From positions 1,364,001 to 1,428,000 of the forward strand of contig VRMN01000003.1 of the NCBI GenBank assembly GCA_008690995.1: a stretch of DNA of 64,000 nt, in the 5' to 3' direction. Shown one piece after another: positions 43,175-53,450 of the stretch (position 1 is the stretch's first letter; every line of letters begins with the position of its first letter). The DNA comes from Porphyridium purpureum (lineage: Eukaryota). A model generated the notes under the pieces. That model saw only the letters and a program-made list of their open reading frames with translations, ran no database searches and had not been told where the DNA came from. Made by a program: the position numbers and the translations under genes.

Positions 43175-45556
43175 ATGGCGGCGCGAGCATGGCGCGCGGC
43201 AGTATGGATGGCGATGCTGGTGAGCATCCTCGCCCTGGTGCAGGCGGTGCCAGAGGCTGAATTCGATGGAAATCGCAAGACGTACGTGACCGGTGTGGCA
43301 TTCTCGCTCAACTTCAATTTGCTGTACCCGTCTGACGCGGCGCTGCTGGATGACGCCGCTGAGCTGTTCATGCGCGTGTGGTACCAAGGTGAGGTGTTGA
43401 GCAACTCGAGCATGCCGCTGTTTGATACTGGCGTGCTGGCAACGTCCGGATCGATTGGAGACATTAACGTGAACAAGCACGGCTGGGCCGAGTTGGACCT
43501 GGAGCTGAGCTACAATGAACAGTTTGAGAACGGGACGACGCGCAATCTGTACGACGCGTGGGTGGTCACGGGAGGCCTGACGGTGATTCCTCCGGCCGTC
43601 ACGGTTCTGGTCGCGGTGGTGACGCGCGAGGTGCTGTGGGCGCTGTGGATTGGTGTGTGGACCGCGGCAATGATCATCTATCAGGGCAACCCGCTCACCG
43701 CCTTTCTGCGCACACTTGATACGTACATGGTTGAGTCACTCGGCAACATTGACCACGCGTTTGTGATCCTCTTTTCGTGGTTCTTGTCGGGGCTGATTGC
43801 GGTGGTCAGCAAATCTGGCGGTGCGCACGGCATCGCCGGCTTGATTATTAAGACTATCAAGAACAAGCGCAGTGCGCAGATGGCCATCTTCTTTTTGGGC
43901 TTTGTGATTTTCTTTGACGACTATGCGAACACGTTGATCCTGGGTGGCACCATGCGCCCGATCGCCGACCTGTACTGGGTGGCGCGCGAAAAGTTTGCCG
44001 CGTTGGTGGACTGCACGACCGCGCCTATTGCGTCGATTGCGCCCATTTCGTCGTGGATTGGCTTCGAGCTGGGTCTGATTCAGGACTCGCTGACGCAGCT
44101 CGAGGCGCTGGGGTACGAGAACTTGCCGTCGTCGGCGTACGAAGTGTTTATCAATACGATCCCGTCGCGCTACTACCCCATGTTTATGCTGCTGCTCCAG
44201 TTCGTGCTGATTCTAAGCATGCGCGAGTTTGGCCCCATGCTAGAGGCCGAGCGCCGCACGCAGTACAAGCACCAGCTGAATCCGGAATCCGCGCGCCTGG
44301 AGGAAGTGCAAATTGATGACAAGCTGGAGCCTGAAGACGACACGCCGCGTAGGTGGTGGAACGGTGTGGTGCCGATTCTGGTGACCTTGTGCGCCGTGCT
44401 GTTGGGGCTGATGCTGACAGGCTACTACAGCGCCAAGGGTGCCGGGTTGGACCTGACAGCTGCGAACATTTTCGGAGAAGGTGATTCGTATGGCTCGATT
44501 TTGTGGGGCTCTTTCTTTGGATCGATGGTGATCTGGGTCATGGCGCGGCTGCAGTACAAGAAGGACGGTCAGATATTTAACCAGTGGAAGTACTGGATTC
44601 GTTTCCAGGGCGTTCCCAAGAACGAGGACGGCACCAAGAGCGCGGTACCGCTGATGGATATGTACGCGTCGCTTTCCGTGTGGATTGAAGGTGTCAAGGG
44701 CATGACGGTGCCAGTGCTGGTTCTCATCTTGGCGTGGTCAATTGGGCAGGCCATTCAGGACTGCGGAGCGGACGTGTTTTTCTCTTCAGCGTTGAGCTCG
44801 GATTCCATGGACCCGCGTGCGCTCCCTACATTGACCTTTTTGATCTCGGCGCTGATTTCTTTTGCGACAGGTACCAGCTGGGGTACCATGAGCATTGTCT
44901 TTCCAATTGCTGCACCGACGGCGTGGATTGCGTCCGACGGTGACGAGAAAATTTACTTTCTGACCGTGAGCGCCATCTTGTCCGGTGCCGTGTTCGGTGA
45001 CCACGCAACGGCGATTTCAGACACGACCATTCTGTCCGCCATGTCTTCCAAGTGCGATTTGCAGGCGCACGTAATTACTCAAATGCCCTACGCACTGTCG
45101 ATGGGCATTCTGGCTGCGCTCGTCGGCTACTTGATGGCAGGGTACTTGTACGCAGCGTGGGTGGGCCTCCTGGTGGGCTTCTTGTTCGTGACGGTGTTCG
45201 TGCTCCTCGTGGGTGTGCGCATCGATCATCCACAGTCCAAGCTCGACATCTTTACGCGACTGAATGAGGCAATTCGCGTGCACGTGCTGCGAAAGGAGCG
45301 ACGCGTATTCACAGAGGTGATTGCATCGGAGAAGGAGTACGTGGATATCTTCCGTGCCAACTTCTGGCAAGCATCGACCTTTGCTAACTTCTTCTTGTGT
45401 CGGGGCGAGCCGGACGAGGTTTTTGACCTGGAGGTCGCGAGCACCAAGCTCGTGGAAGCGCCGTTGGATGATGAAGGCAGAAGTTTGAGTCCGAGCTCGC
45501 GTTCTGCCTCGAATGAGGAGCGGCGCGCAGCTGAACAGGAGGTTTCCTACACGTAG
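43175..45556 (+). CDS. Na+/H+ antiporter NhaC-family transporter with signal peptide and N-terminal luminal domain
   Basis: IFFDDYANTLILG, REKFAALVDCTTAPIA, ISSWIGFE, FATGTSWGTMSI, GAVFGDH, ISDTTILS, HVITQMPYA. Confidence 0.9.
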   Translation: MAARAWRAAVWMAMLVSILALVQAVPEAEFDGNRKTYVTGVAFSLNFNLLYPSDAALLDDAAELFMRVWYQGEVLSNSSMPLFDTGVLATSGSIGDINVNKHGWAELDLELSYNEQFENGTTRNLYDAWVVTGGLTVIPPAVTVLVAVVTREVLWALWIGVWTAAMIIYQGNPLTAFLRTLDTYMVESLGNIDHAFVILFSWFLSGLIAVVSKSGGAHGIAGLIIKTIKNKRSAQMAIFFLGFVIFFDDYANTLILGGTMRPIADLYWVAREKFAALVDCTTAPIASIAPISSWIGFELGLIQDSLTQLEALGYENLPSSAYEVFINTIPSRYYPMFMLLLQFVLILSMREFGPMLEAERRTQYKHQLNPESARLEEVQIDDKLEPEDDTPRRWWNGVVPILVTLCAVLLGLMLTGYYSAKGAGLDLTAANIFGEGDSYGSILWGSFFGSMVIWVMARLQYKKDGQIFNQWKYWIRFQGVPKNEDGTKSAVPLMDMYASLSVWIEGVKGMTVPVLVLILAWSIGQAIQDCGADVFFSSALSSDSMDPRALPTLTFLISALISFATGTSWGTMSIVFPIAAPTAWIASDGDEKIYFLTVSAILSGAVFGDHATAISDTTILSAMSSKCDLQAHVITQMPYALSMGILAALVGYLMAGYLYAAWVGLLVGFLFVTVFVLLVGVRIDHPQSKLDIFTRLNEAIRVHVLRKERRVFTEVIASEKEYVDIFRANFWQASTFANFFLCRGEPDEVFDLEVASTKLVEAPLDDEGRSLSPSSRSASNEERRAAEQEVSYT

Positions 45557-45835
45557 ATTTCGAATTCACAAGATCAGAATCGCCCACGTCACATCAGACT
45601 CCGCGTTCTCTCATTGCTGATGCCGGTCGTGGTTTCATTTCCATGTATAGTGCGGGCAAGCACAAGGCGCGGCTTTTCCAACTATTCAAGCTGTGTCGGA
45701 TTGATTGGCTTGCACCTCTAATAAAACAACTCCCGCGAGCAAGACTGCGGTGAACATTCTCGCACAAGTTGACGTTTTTTTCTGTCGTGGGAAAAGCGTG
45801 TCTAATATTCTTTTAGTACATACACATTCACAGCA

Positions 45836-47629
45836 CTAGCTCTCCTCAGTGATGTCAAAGTTGCTCGTCAAGGAGCCGATCAAAACGTCCGGAATGCGAG
45901 AATCAAGCAGCGAGTTGGGCCTTCCCAATGGCACATGCGAAAAGGCGCGCAGCTCGCGGTCCAGAATGTTGCGCAACGTGTCTACGCCGGCATCTTCCAA
46001 GTGACGTTCATCTTCACCCATGCAAGTCACAAGCAGCCGTGCATGCTTCTTCTCAATCGATGCGCAACGCGGAACGGGCGAAAAGGGCTCGCTGTCAAGG
46101 CAAGAATCGCAGTCCTCATTAAACATCTCATTCATGTCAAGGTCACCGACCATATCCATGGAGGCCGTTTCGCTTTCTAGACCAGGGCTACTCCCCACGT
46201 GCTTGGTGAAGAATGGATGCGCAAGCGCTTGGCTCGCTGAAATCCGCCGGCGAGGGTCGAAACGTAGCATTTGCTGCAACAAATTTAAACCATCCTTTTC
46301 GTTCTCAAGCGCTTCGAGTAAGTCGTCGAATCCCCGCGGAATGTACTCTGGCATGGAGAGCAACATGCGGCGATTCGATGGGTCTCTAATCCAGCTTATT
46401 TCCTCATCTGAGGGAGACCCTAACCTTTGCACAATCTTCACAATCTGCTCCTGTGTAGACTGTCCATCGAACAGCACTCGCCTCGACAACAGCTCCGCAA
46501 AAACACATCCGACGGCCCACATGTCAACAGTCAATCCGCACCGTTCGTGAAAAAGCGCTTCAGGAGGTTGGTAGAAGCGCGAAACGACAGTCACCGGACG
46601 GAACGTCTGCGAGTTGTAATGGAGAACGCGTGCATTACCAAAGTCGGCCACCTTGACATCCCAGTTTTCATTAATGAGTACATTTGCCGGCTTGATGTCA
46701 AAGTGAACCACGCAGCGGGCTTCTAGGTATTCCATCGCGCTCAAAAGCTGCACCATAATGAATCTCACGTGCTGCAGACTCAGCTTCACATCAGAGCGAA
46801 TCACGGAGCGGAGGTCTGTGTCCATCAGCTCCGTAATCAAGTACAAGTTGGCCACACGCGGTTGCCCGGACGCCCCAGACCGAGTACGCTCTTCTTTCGA
46901 CGCTGGGCTACTCAGAGACGCACTGGCCCGGCTACCTTGAGCTTTGTACCAGTCTGAACCCGGCAAGGGCGCTTCTGTCAAGATTCCGTCGAGCACTGGG
47001 TCGCTGGCCCATCGGACTTGCTGCGGACTCGCCTCACTAGGAACAGGACATTGCCTACCAGCATCTTGGTGCCCGCCTTGGTGTAGTTGTTGTATTTGGC
47101 GTGCGACACTGCCGCCTGAGGACTTCCTCTCAGAGACCTCGCACAGCCGCGCGACGACAAAGGGAAAGTAAACGAACGCGTCACCTTCAGACGTCGCTAA
47201 GAGATCCACGAGCGCAATGACGTTGTCATGGGACATTCGTGCCAGGAGCCACACCTCGCGCACGACGTTTCTGGCGTCCCCGAGCTCGCTGAACACCGAG
47301 CGCACGCGCTTGACTGCGACGGTTCGGCCCCCCTTCCACTTATCGCTTGCCTCGTACACGACGCCGTGCGCGCCGCTGCCCAGTACCTTTGTGCCTGCCA
47401 CATGATACCGATGCGACAGCGTGCGCGTCCAGACGCCGCGCGTGTGCTTGGGCGTATCACTGGCTGTGGACGCGTGCTCCCACGCCACACAGGGTTCCAC
47501 GGCGTCTGCTACCGCCGGCCCGCGTTCCATGTCCTTCCGCCCTGCTTCTCTGCGCTCCCTCTTCTGCAGCCACAGGTCTCCCCGCCACGCATTCTTTCCC
47601 GCGGCACCCTCAGACCCACCCACTACCAT
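45836..47629 (-). CDS. MAP-kinase-like CMGC kinase, atypical
   Basis: GSGAHGVV, VAVKRV, LYLITELMDTDLRSVI, HFDIKPAN, DFG, DMWAVGC, FDPRRRISA..ALAHPF. The start could be 47530. Confidence 0.88.
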   Translation of the reverse strand: MVVGGSEGAAGKNAWRGDLWLQKRERREAGRKDMERGPAVADAVEPCVAWEHASTASDTPKHTRGVWTRTLSHRYHVAGTKVLGSGAHGVVYEASDKWKGGRTVAVKRVRSVFSELGDARNVVREVWLLARMSHDNVIALVDLLATSEGDAFVYFPFVVARLCEVSERKSSGGSVARQIQQLHQGGHQDAGRQCPVPSEASPQQVRWASDPVLDGILTEAPLPGSDWYKAQGSRASASLSSPASKEERTRSGASGQPRVANLYLITELMDTDLRSVIRSDVKLSLQHVRFIMVQLLSAMEYLEARCVVHFDIKPANVLINENWDVKVADFGNARVLHYNSQTFRPVTVVSRFYQPPEALFHERCGLTVDMWAVGCVFAELLSRRVLFDGQSTQEQIVKIVQRLGSPSDEEISWIRDPSNRRMLLSMPEYIPRGFDDLLEALENEKDGLNLLQQMLRFDPRRRISASQALAHPFFTKHVGSSPGLESETASMDMVGDLDMNEMFNEDCDSCLDSEPFSPVPRCASIEKKHARLLVTCMGEDERHLEDAGVDTLRNILDRELRAFSHVPLGRPNSLLDSRIPDVLIGSLTSNFDITEES

Positions 47630-47835
47630 CTATACTCTCCCACCCACCCACACTCTCTCTTACACCTTTCCACCCTCACCGTCTTTCACCTTTCACACTC
47701 TCCCCTCTTACTACCCCCAACCCGCATTTCCGTCCTCTTCTGTCTTTTCTGTCTTTTCCGTCCGTAAATCTACCATAAAAAAATGGAACTTTTCTCCCAC
47801 ACATCTTCTCATGTCTGCACATATGACTTGCAACA

Positions 47836-47916
47836 CTACACTACTACTACTACTAGTAGCAGCGGCTGGTTTTGATAGTAGTACTTAATACTTCATACTA
47901 AATACTAAGAGTAATA

Positions 47917-47949
<33 letters not shown>
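47836..47949. repeat. Microsatellites (CTA)n and (TC)n in an AT-rich intergenic patch
   Basis: CTACTACTACTACTA at ~47841 and a TC run at ~47923-47949. Confidence 0.85.
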
Positions 47950-47953
<4 letters not shown>

Positions 47954-48412
47954 CTCTGTAATTTCAGCACTAGCGGCAGCGGCATCGCATTGAATCATCG
48001 TTTTCCTCGCCAGCTCATATGAAAACACGCCAACCCGGTACGATTGCCAGCGGCGGTTCTTATTGTCCCTGTTTTTCATTTTTCTTTCGAATTTCGCCCG
48101 ATTCTGTACGGGCGGTTCAGGACGTACGAAGACGCGCACACACAAACCTTGCAAACCGCGCGGCCTTGCTAGTGCCAGCCAGGCGCGTGTTGGATTCAGT
48201 GCACATGTAAATTTTCTGAACATAGCGCACTGTACTCTTGTGTTCAAAGGATTCGCACTGTACTTGCTTCACGTTGTGAGGTACAGCTTGTGTTCGCTGT
48301 ACCTGCGCTGTACCGTCGGTGCTTAGGAAAGCGTGGCTGCGCCGGATTTTGTTGAGAAGAATTGGTGGGCGCTGCGGGCGAGAGGGAGTGTATCCGTGCT
48401 GGTTGAGAAGGG

Positions 48413-50992
48413 ATGTTTGTGCATGCGCTGCTGCACGGGAGACGAGAAACGCGACGCAGTCACGCAAAGGGCGTCGATGGAATTCGCACCGGTCAGTGCG
48501 CGCGACGCGGCGCGTGCCGCGCGCTGTGGCCTTGTGCGACACGCATGTGCGCAGAGAATGGGGCTGGCCAGGAGAGAGCAGTGCATGCAGCGGAAGGTAT
48601 CGGCAATGTCGAAGTCCTCAGCGATGGCGCTCAGTCGTCCAAATGGAAGGGACCGCGGGGCATGACTGAGGATGTGGTCACCATCCTCAAGCAGCGGATA
48701 ACGATTATGGATCTCGTCGCTCCAGAGCTCAATCTCAAGCCGAGCGGGCGTAATCTCAAAGCATGTTGTCCGTTCCACACGGAGAAGACGCCATCCTTTC
48801 ACGTACGACCCGAGTTGAACACATACTACTGCTTTGGCTGTGGGAAGAAGGGCGACATTATTTCGTTCGAGCGCGAGCGCCACAATCTCAGCTTTCAAGA
48901 GGCTATCGACTCACTTGCGAAGCGATTTGAGGTCCAGGATGCCCTGCGCCTACTGGAAAACGCAAGCGCTCGCACCAAGGTGCTTTCGCGCGCCGAGATT
49001 CTGGCCAAGCGTGAACAAGAGCGCAGGGCGGAAAAAATGTACAAGGCGCTGGAGCTTGCGCAGCAGTTCTATACTGAGCTGTTGGAGGCACAGCCACCAT
49101 CTGCTGCGTGCAAACAGTACCTCACGGAGCGCGGAATCAGCGCAGAAATGAGCGCAGCCTTTAAGCTCGGACACGCGCCAGCCGTGTGGTCCGCTTTGTA
49201 CGACCGCTTGTCCGCAGCAGGCGTGGATGATGAAATCATGGCCGAGGCGAACCTTATAATACCAAGTAAGGACGGTAAGGGTTTTATTGATGTGTTTCGG
49301 GGCCGGCTCATAATTCCAATCATAGACCCGAGTGGCCGTGTCATCGCTTTTGGTGGCCGGATCCTCGACTCGGAATCGCGTGGCTACGGGCCCAAGTACT
49401 TAAATTCAAAAGAGTCGATCGTCTTTCAGAAACGCTTCAATCTGTTCGGCGCCCATTTCCTCAGCAAGAGCCGTCCAGAATGTGTCGTCATCGTCGAAGG
49501 CTATTTAGATGTCATTGCCATGCATCAAGCCGGTGTCCAAAATTCTGTTGCATGTCTGGGGACGGCGCTGACCGCTCAGCAGCTACTCAGTGCGGCAAAT
49601 TTGGCCGTCCAACGCAAAGTCGTGCTGAACTTTGATAATGATCGAGCGGGCCGCGCGACTGTGCTTCGTTTGATCAATGATGGAATCATTCCCGACGCTC
49701 AAAAGGAAGGCAACATAAGTGTGTATGTGGCACAGCTGCCGAATGGCTGCAAAGATCCCGATGATGCCCTAAAGACAATGACAGGCGAAGAGTACGAAAA
49801 ACGCGTCATCACCACGGCACTTGGATGGGTAGAGTTTGGAGGAGACGCTCTTCTCAGCGACTCGGACGAAGACGAAGAGGCAAGCCGTGATGACGAAGAG
49901 GAATCAAAAAGTGGCGTTCAAGCTTCAGCACCTCAAGAAACTTTTGCTGAAAAGGCGGCTAAAATGGTCGAGGAGCTGGCAGCTTTGTTGCGCTCGGGAT
50001 ACAACATGAAAAAGCTAGATTCCCAGAGCGCAAATGAAATCCAGCTCCTGGCCGGCGACTTTGCTCGGCGCCTTGCCATCAAACTTGAGCGCTTGGACCT
50101 AGAGCAAGTTTTCCTGGGTCAGATTTTGGCCTCGGTCGGAATCAAAGACAAGGCTAGAGTGTCCTTTGGAGACAATCTAAATCCTGCGCCCACCCCGAAA
50201 GCCAAGCAAGGCATGTCGAGCCGGGGCAATGGCCCTGGGCGATCGGCATCGTCTTCTGTGCAAGCTCGGAAACGGCAGATTGAAAAACGAAATCGACTTG
50301 AGGCGGTGCCGATGGCGTCCGCTGAGCCTGAAACCAAACCGGTAGACATACAGCGCCTTCTGGACGAGCGTGACCGTGAAAGGGAAGAAATCAGGAAGCT
50401 ACCGTATGCAGAGCAACTTAAAGTGCAGCAGCACAAAGAGCGCGAACGCATCGATAATCTCCGTTTGAGCTGTGAGGCCAAGTTTCTCAAGCTCATGCTC
50501 CTGCACCGTTCGTGGCGTGAGTATTGCTTTGGGCTTGTTCGCTCGGAAGAAATGCCGCTGAACAATAAGGCCTTTTTCTGGTTCGCGAATTTTCTGGCCA
50601 AGTGTGCCGATGTACCGAAGGAGGAGATCAGGGAAAACCTCAAGGCATTTGCCGATGACGAAGAGTTTCGTAATACATTTATTGAGCTCGAACCACTCTT
50701 TGAAGTAAGCGAGATGGACCGGATCGAGCTTGCATATCCGTTTGAACTCATTGAGGCCATCAAAATCAAGATTGCGTTGCAGGAAACGGACCACACCCGC
50801 GGTTGCCTGTTTTCGGACATGCTTTTGCTCGGCTTTGAGTACAACGCATTGAAGGGGCAAGGAAAAGACGAAGAGGCCGAACTTATTTTGCAAAAGCAAA
50901 AGGATCTGAAAGCTCAAGTGGATGCTCTGGGTGCCAAGTACGAGGCATTGCTTGAAGCTGAACAGAGGTTGGCTAGTTCAGTAAAAGGCTGA
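48413..50992 (+). CDS. dnaG: Bacterial-type DNA primase DnaG, probably plastid-targeted
   Basis: CHC2 zinc finger CPFHTEKTPSF..YYCFGC, FRGRLIIPI, IAFGGR, PKYLNS, Toprim VEGYLDV/FDND, KDPD; ~80 aa N-terminal extension. Confidence 0.95.
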   Translation: MFVHALLHGRRETRRSHAKGVDGIRTGQCARRGACRALWPCATRMCAENGAGQERAVHAAEGIGNVEVLSDGAQSSKWKGPRGMTEDVVTILKQRITIMDLVAPELNLKPSGRNLKACCPFHTEKTPSFHVRPELNTYYCFGCGKKGDIISFERERHNLSFQEAIDSLAKRFEVQDALRLLENASARTKVLSRAEILAKREQERRAEKMYKALELAQQFYTELLEAQPPSAACKQYLTERGISAEMSAAFKLGHAPAVWSALYDRLSAAGVDDEIMAEANLIIPSKDGKGFIDVFRGRLIIPIIDPSGRVIAFGGRILDSESRGYGPKYLNSKESIVFQKRFNLFGAHFLSKSRPECVVIVEGYLDVIAMHQAGVQNSVACLGTALTAQQLLSAANLAVQRKVVLNFDNDRAGRATVLRLINDGIIPDAQKEGNISVYVAQLPNGCKDPDDALKTMTGEEYEKRVITTALGWVEFGGDALLSDSDEDEEASRDDEEESKSGVQASAPQETFAEKAAKMVEELAALLRSGYNMKKLDSQSANEIQLLAGDFARRLAIKLERLDLEQVFLGQILASVGIKDKARVSFGDNLNPAPTPKAKQGMSSRGNGPGRSASSSVQARKRQIEKRNRLEAVPMASAEPETKPVDIQRLLDERDREREEIRKLPYAEQLKVQQHKERERIDNLRLSCEAKFLKLMLLHRSWREYCFGLVRSEEMPLNNKAFFWFANFLAKCADVPKEEIRENLKAFADDEEFRNTFIELEPLFEVSEMDRIELAYPFELIEAIKIKIALQETDHTRGCLFSDMLLLGFEYNALKGQGKDEEAELILQKQKDLKAQVDALGAKYEALLEAEQRLASSVKG

Positions 50993-51099
50993 AGCTGAGT
51001 AAATGTGCTCCAGCATCGTCTGACGCTAGACTACGCTTTTCCAAAATCACTTTTAGTGTATGTGCTATTGTCTAATCCATGGAGAGCCAGACTGCTGTT

Positions 51100-52947
51100 T
51101 CAAAGCCGATGGTCTCGCAACGGCAAATCCACGGCATCATAATCGCTGACCGTGCAACAGTGGAGCTCATTTTGGAAGCGGTACCATATCCGCAGGGCGA
51201 TCTCTTCCTCCTCAAGGAGCGTAGGATCCCAAAATCCGGTCAAAGTGCTCTTGGAGCTCGCGAATAGGTGCAGTTGGGAATTTTCGACCCTCGACTGTAG
51301 AGCATCCGTCACATCAATATAGCCAAAGTCAATCTCTTGGTTTTCTGGGATCACGCCATCGGCCTTGCAGCGCGCAAGCTTGTGTTCAGCTCCATAGAAT
51401 GCTTTGATGATTAAAAGACCGCCGCCAGGCACTTGCTCTTCTCTCTCGCGGCAGGCGCGTACGGTTTCCGACATGAGCACCACAGAATCTCTCGCCTGCT
51501 TCCGCGCTGCTAGAATGTCCTCCGAGCGTAATTCAAATTCGTGTTGCTTCCGCCTCTGAGTTGCGCGCTTCTTGAGCGGCCGCGCGACGAACAGCTGGAT
51601 GGAGACGACTGTCGCTATTAGTACAGAAAGGGATGCAACCGCCACCGTAGGCAGCGGCGTATCCGCAATCAAGACGGGCACCACCACGCGATGCCCGGCG
51701 CGGTCGGCCTTGAAACGCACGTGAATTCCCTCATTCGAGCACGCCAGCGCAAGTCCCCACGACATATTGTGATGCACGTACGAACGGCCTCCACCAAGCT
51801 CCACGAGCCAACCATCGAGTCCGAAACGTCCGCGTAATTTCCAGTGGGCGCCATCATTCTCGCCAAGCCGATACACGCCACGCCCAATGCCGCGTTTAAT
51901 GGAGGCAGACACACCTGTATCTGCTTCGCCTACGCTCCATGTCATCTGGTACGCGCACGGGTACGCCAATGAAAGCAGCCAAGCCACCACACGTCGATAC
52001 CAGGGAGACTGGCGATCAATGCTCAAATCATCCTCCAGGTCTCCGCCCATGCGTCGAAATGCGCAAATAACACCGCCACTGCAATCATCTCCTGCATGAC
52101 TGGCCGTCCACGACAATTGTCCCACGGTTAGCGAGGTCAGCTGCCGACTGCATGTGATTGCCATGGTGGAATGAGACTGCAACAGATTGGTGGATGCTTC
52201 AAGCATCAGCGAACTGCGCTCTGAAATGCCGCGCCACAGCTTCAGCGCCAGCACTTGCGGGATACCTAGACCCTTTTTGGAGGGTCGAAAAAAGAGCGAC
52301 GACTCCATGAACGATCGCGAAGAAAATTGGCGCCGCGCGGTCACCGTGAGGGGCCCGCTGCCTCCCTTTCCATTTTTGGACACAAAACTACCTTGCAGAC
52401 GCACCGAGTCCTTGTTGGTCAGATAAATACTGGCATCCGCGCCGAGCGTAGTTTGGGTAACAATCAAGGGCGAAAAAAACATGGCGTACTCGTCATCGTC
52501 TGAGTGTGCCAGATTGTGGAGCAGTTCCACCAATCCACGGCCGTCCACACTTGTCCGAAGTGAGTTCTTGATTTGGAAGAGCGCGTCGCGATCCTGTGCC
52601 TGGTTGTGATGACCTGCACTCCGACCCGCTCCGCCTGCGCGTTCAAACTGGGCGCGAATATCCTCGAACTTTGTGAGCTCGAGCCCCTGTGCCTGCATGG
52701 CTTGTACGCCTTCCATGCCGTACTCATCGTACACTCTGCGCTTGAGCGGGTCTGACAAAATCTCGTACGCATCTTTCATTTTCGTGAACTGCTCGGTTGC
52801 GACCAGCTTGCGCTGCTCATCGAGATGCTTATCCGGGTGGTAAATTTGGCTGAGCCGGCGATATGCGGTCTTGATTTCATCGTGCGACGCATGCCGCTCC
52901 AGCTGCAGCGCACGGTACAAGCTCGTCCGATCATCATCTGCGCTCAT
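51100..52947 (-). CDS. DNAJC11: DnaJ homolog subfamily C member 11
   Basis: J-domain with HPDKH; C-terminal GGLLIIKAFYG, IDVTDALQ, KSTLTGFWDP, LRIWYRF. Confidence 0.92.
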   Translation of the reverse strand: MSADDDRTSLYRALQLERHASHDEIKTAYRRLSQIYHPDKHLDEQRKLVATEQFTKMKDAYEILSDPLKRRVYDEYGMEGVQAMQAQGLELTKFEDIRAQFERAGGAGRSAGHHNQAQDRDALFQIKNSLRTSVDGRGLVELLHNLAHSDDDEYAMFFSPLIVTQTTLGADASIYLTNKDSVRLQGSFVSKNGKGGSGPLTVTARRQFSSRSFMESSLFFRPSKKGLGIPQVLALKLWRGISERSSLMLEASTNLLQSHSTMAITCSRQLTSLTVGQLSWTASHAGDDCSGGVICAFRRMGGDLEDDLSIDRQSPWYRRVVAWLLSLAYPCAYQMTWSVGEADTGVSASIKRGIGRGVYRLGENDGAHWKLRGRFGLDGWLVELGGGRSYVHHNMSWGLALACSNEGIHVRFKADRAGHRVVVPVLIADTPLPTVAVASLSVLIATVVSIQLFVARPLKKRATQRRKQHEFELRSEDILAARKQARDSVVLMSETVRACREREEQVPGGGLLIIKAFYGAEHKLARCKADGVIPENQEIDFGYIDVTDALQSRVENSQLHLFASSKSTLTGFWDPTLLEEEEIALRIWYRFQNELHCCTVSDYDAVDLPLRDHRL

Positions 52948-53450
52948 CGTTTTCTCTCGACCATCTGCCGAATGCCCATCCACCGCCAATCCTTTCACCC
53001 ACACGCACCTACCACGCGCGTGCACGCCAAAAGGCCTGCGCCCGCGACAGCGCAAAAGCAGCTGGCCGGCACTGTACCCACGGTACACTAGGCATACGTA
53101 TTGAGAGACTTGCGGTGGTGAGGAGCGGCACGGCGCTCGCCGCAGCGAGATTGCGCCTTTGTGGTATTGTGTGGCTTTCCATTCTCCAAACAACGCAAGG
53201 GTCTAAGCAGGACTCAAGACCATCCTAAACTTCCTTCTTTATCCTCTTCTTCTTCTTTTCCTATGTACAAAGTAAACGCCGGGCATTGGCAAAGGCTCCT
53301 CATGCTCGTTCCTCTGAGAAGGACTCAGAAAGAAGTAGAAACACATGCTGAGGAATGGACCAGCCTCGTCGTGACGTAAACCGTTCAAAACGCGACCCAG
53401 AGGAAGCATTCAAGCGCGGCTAAACACCATGGGCTCAGAAAGCTGGCTTG

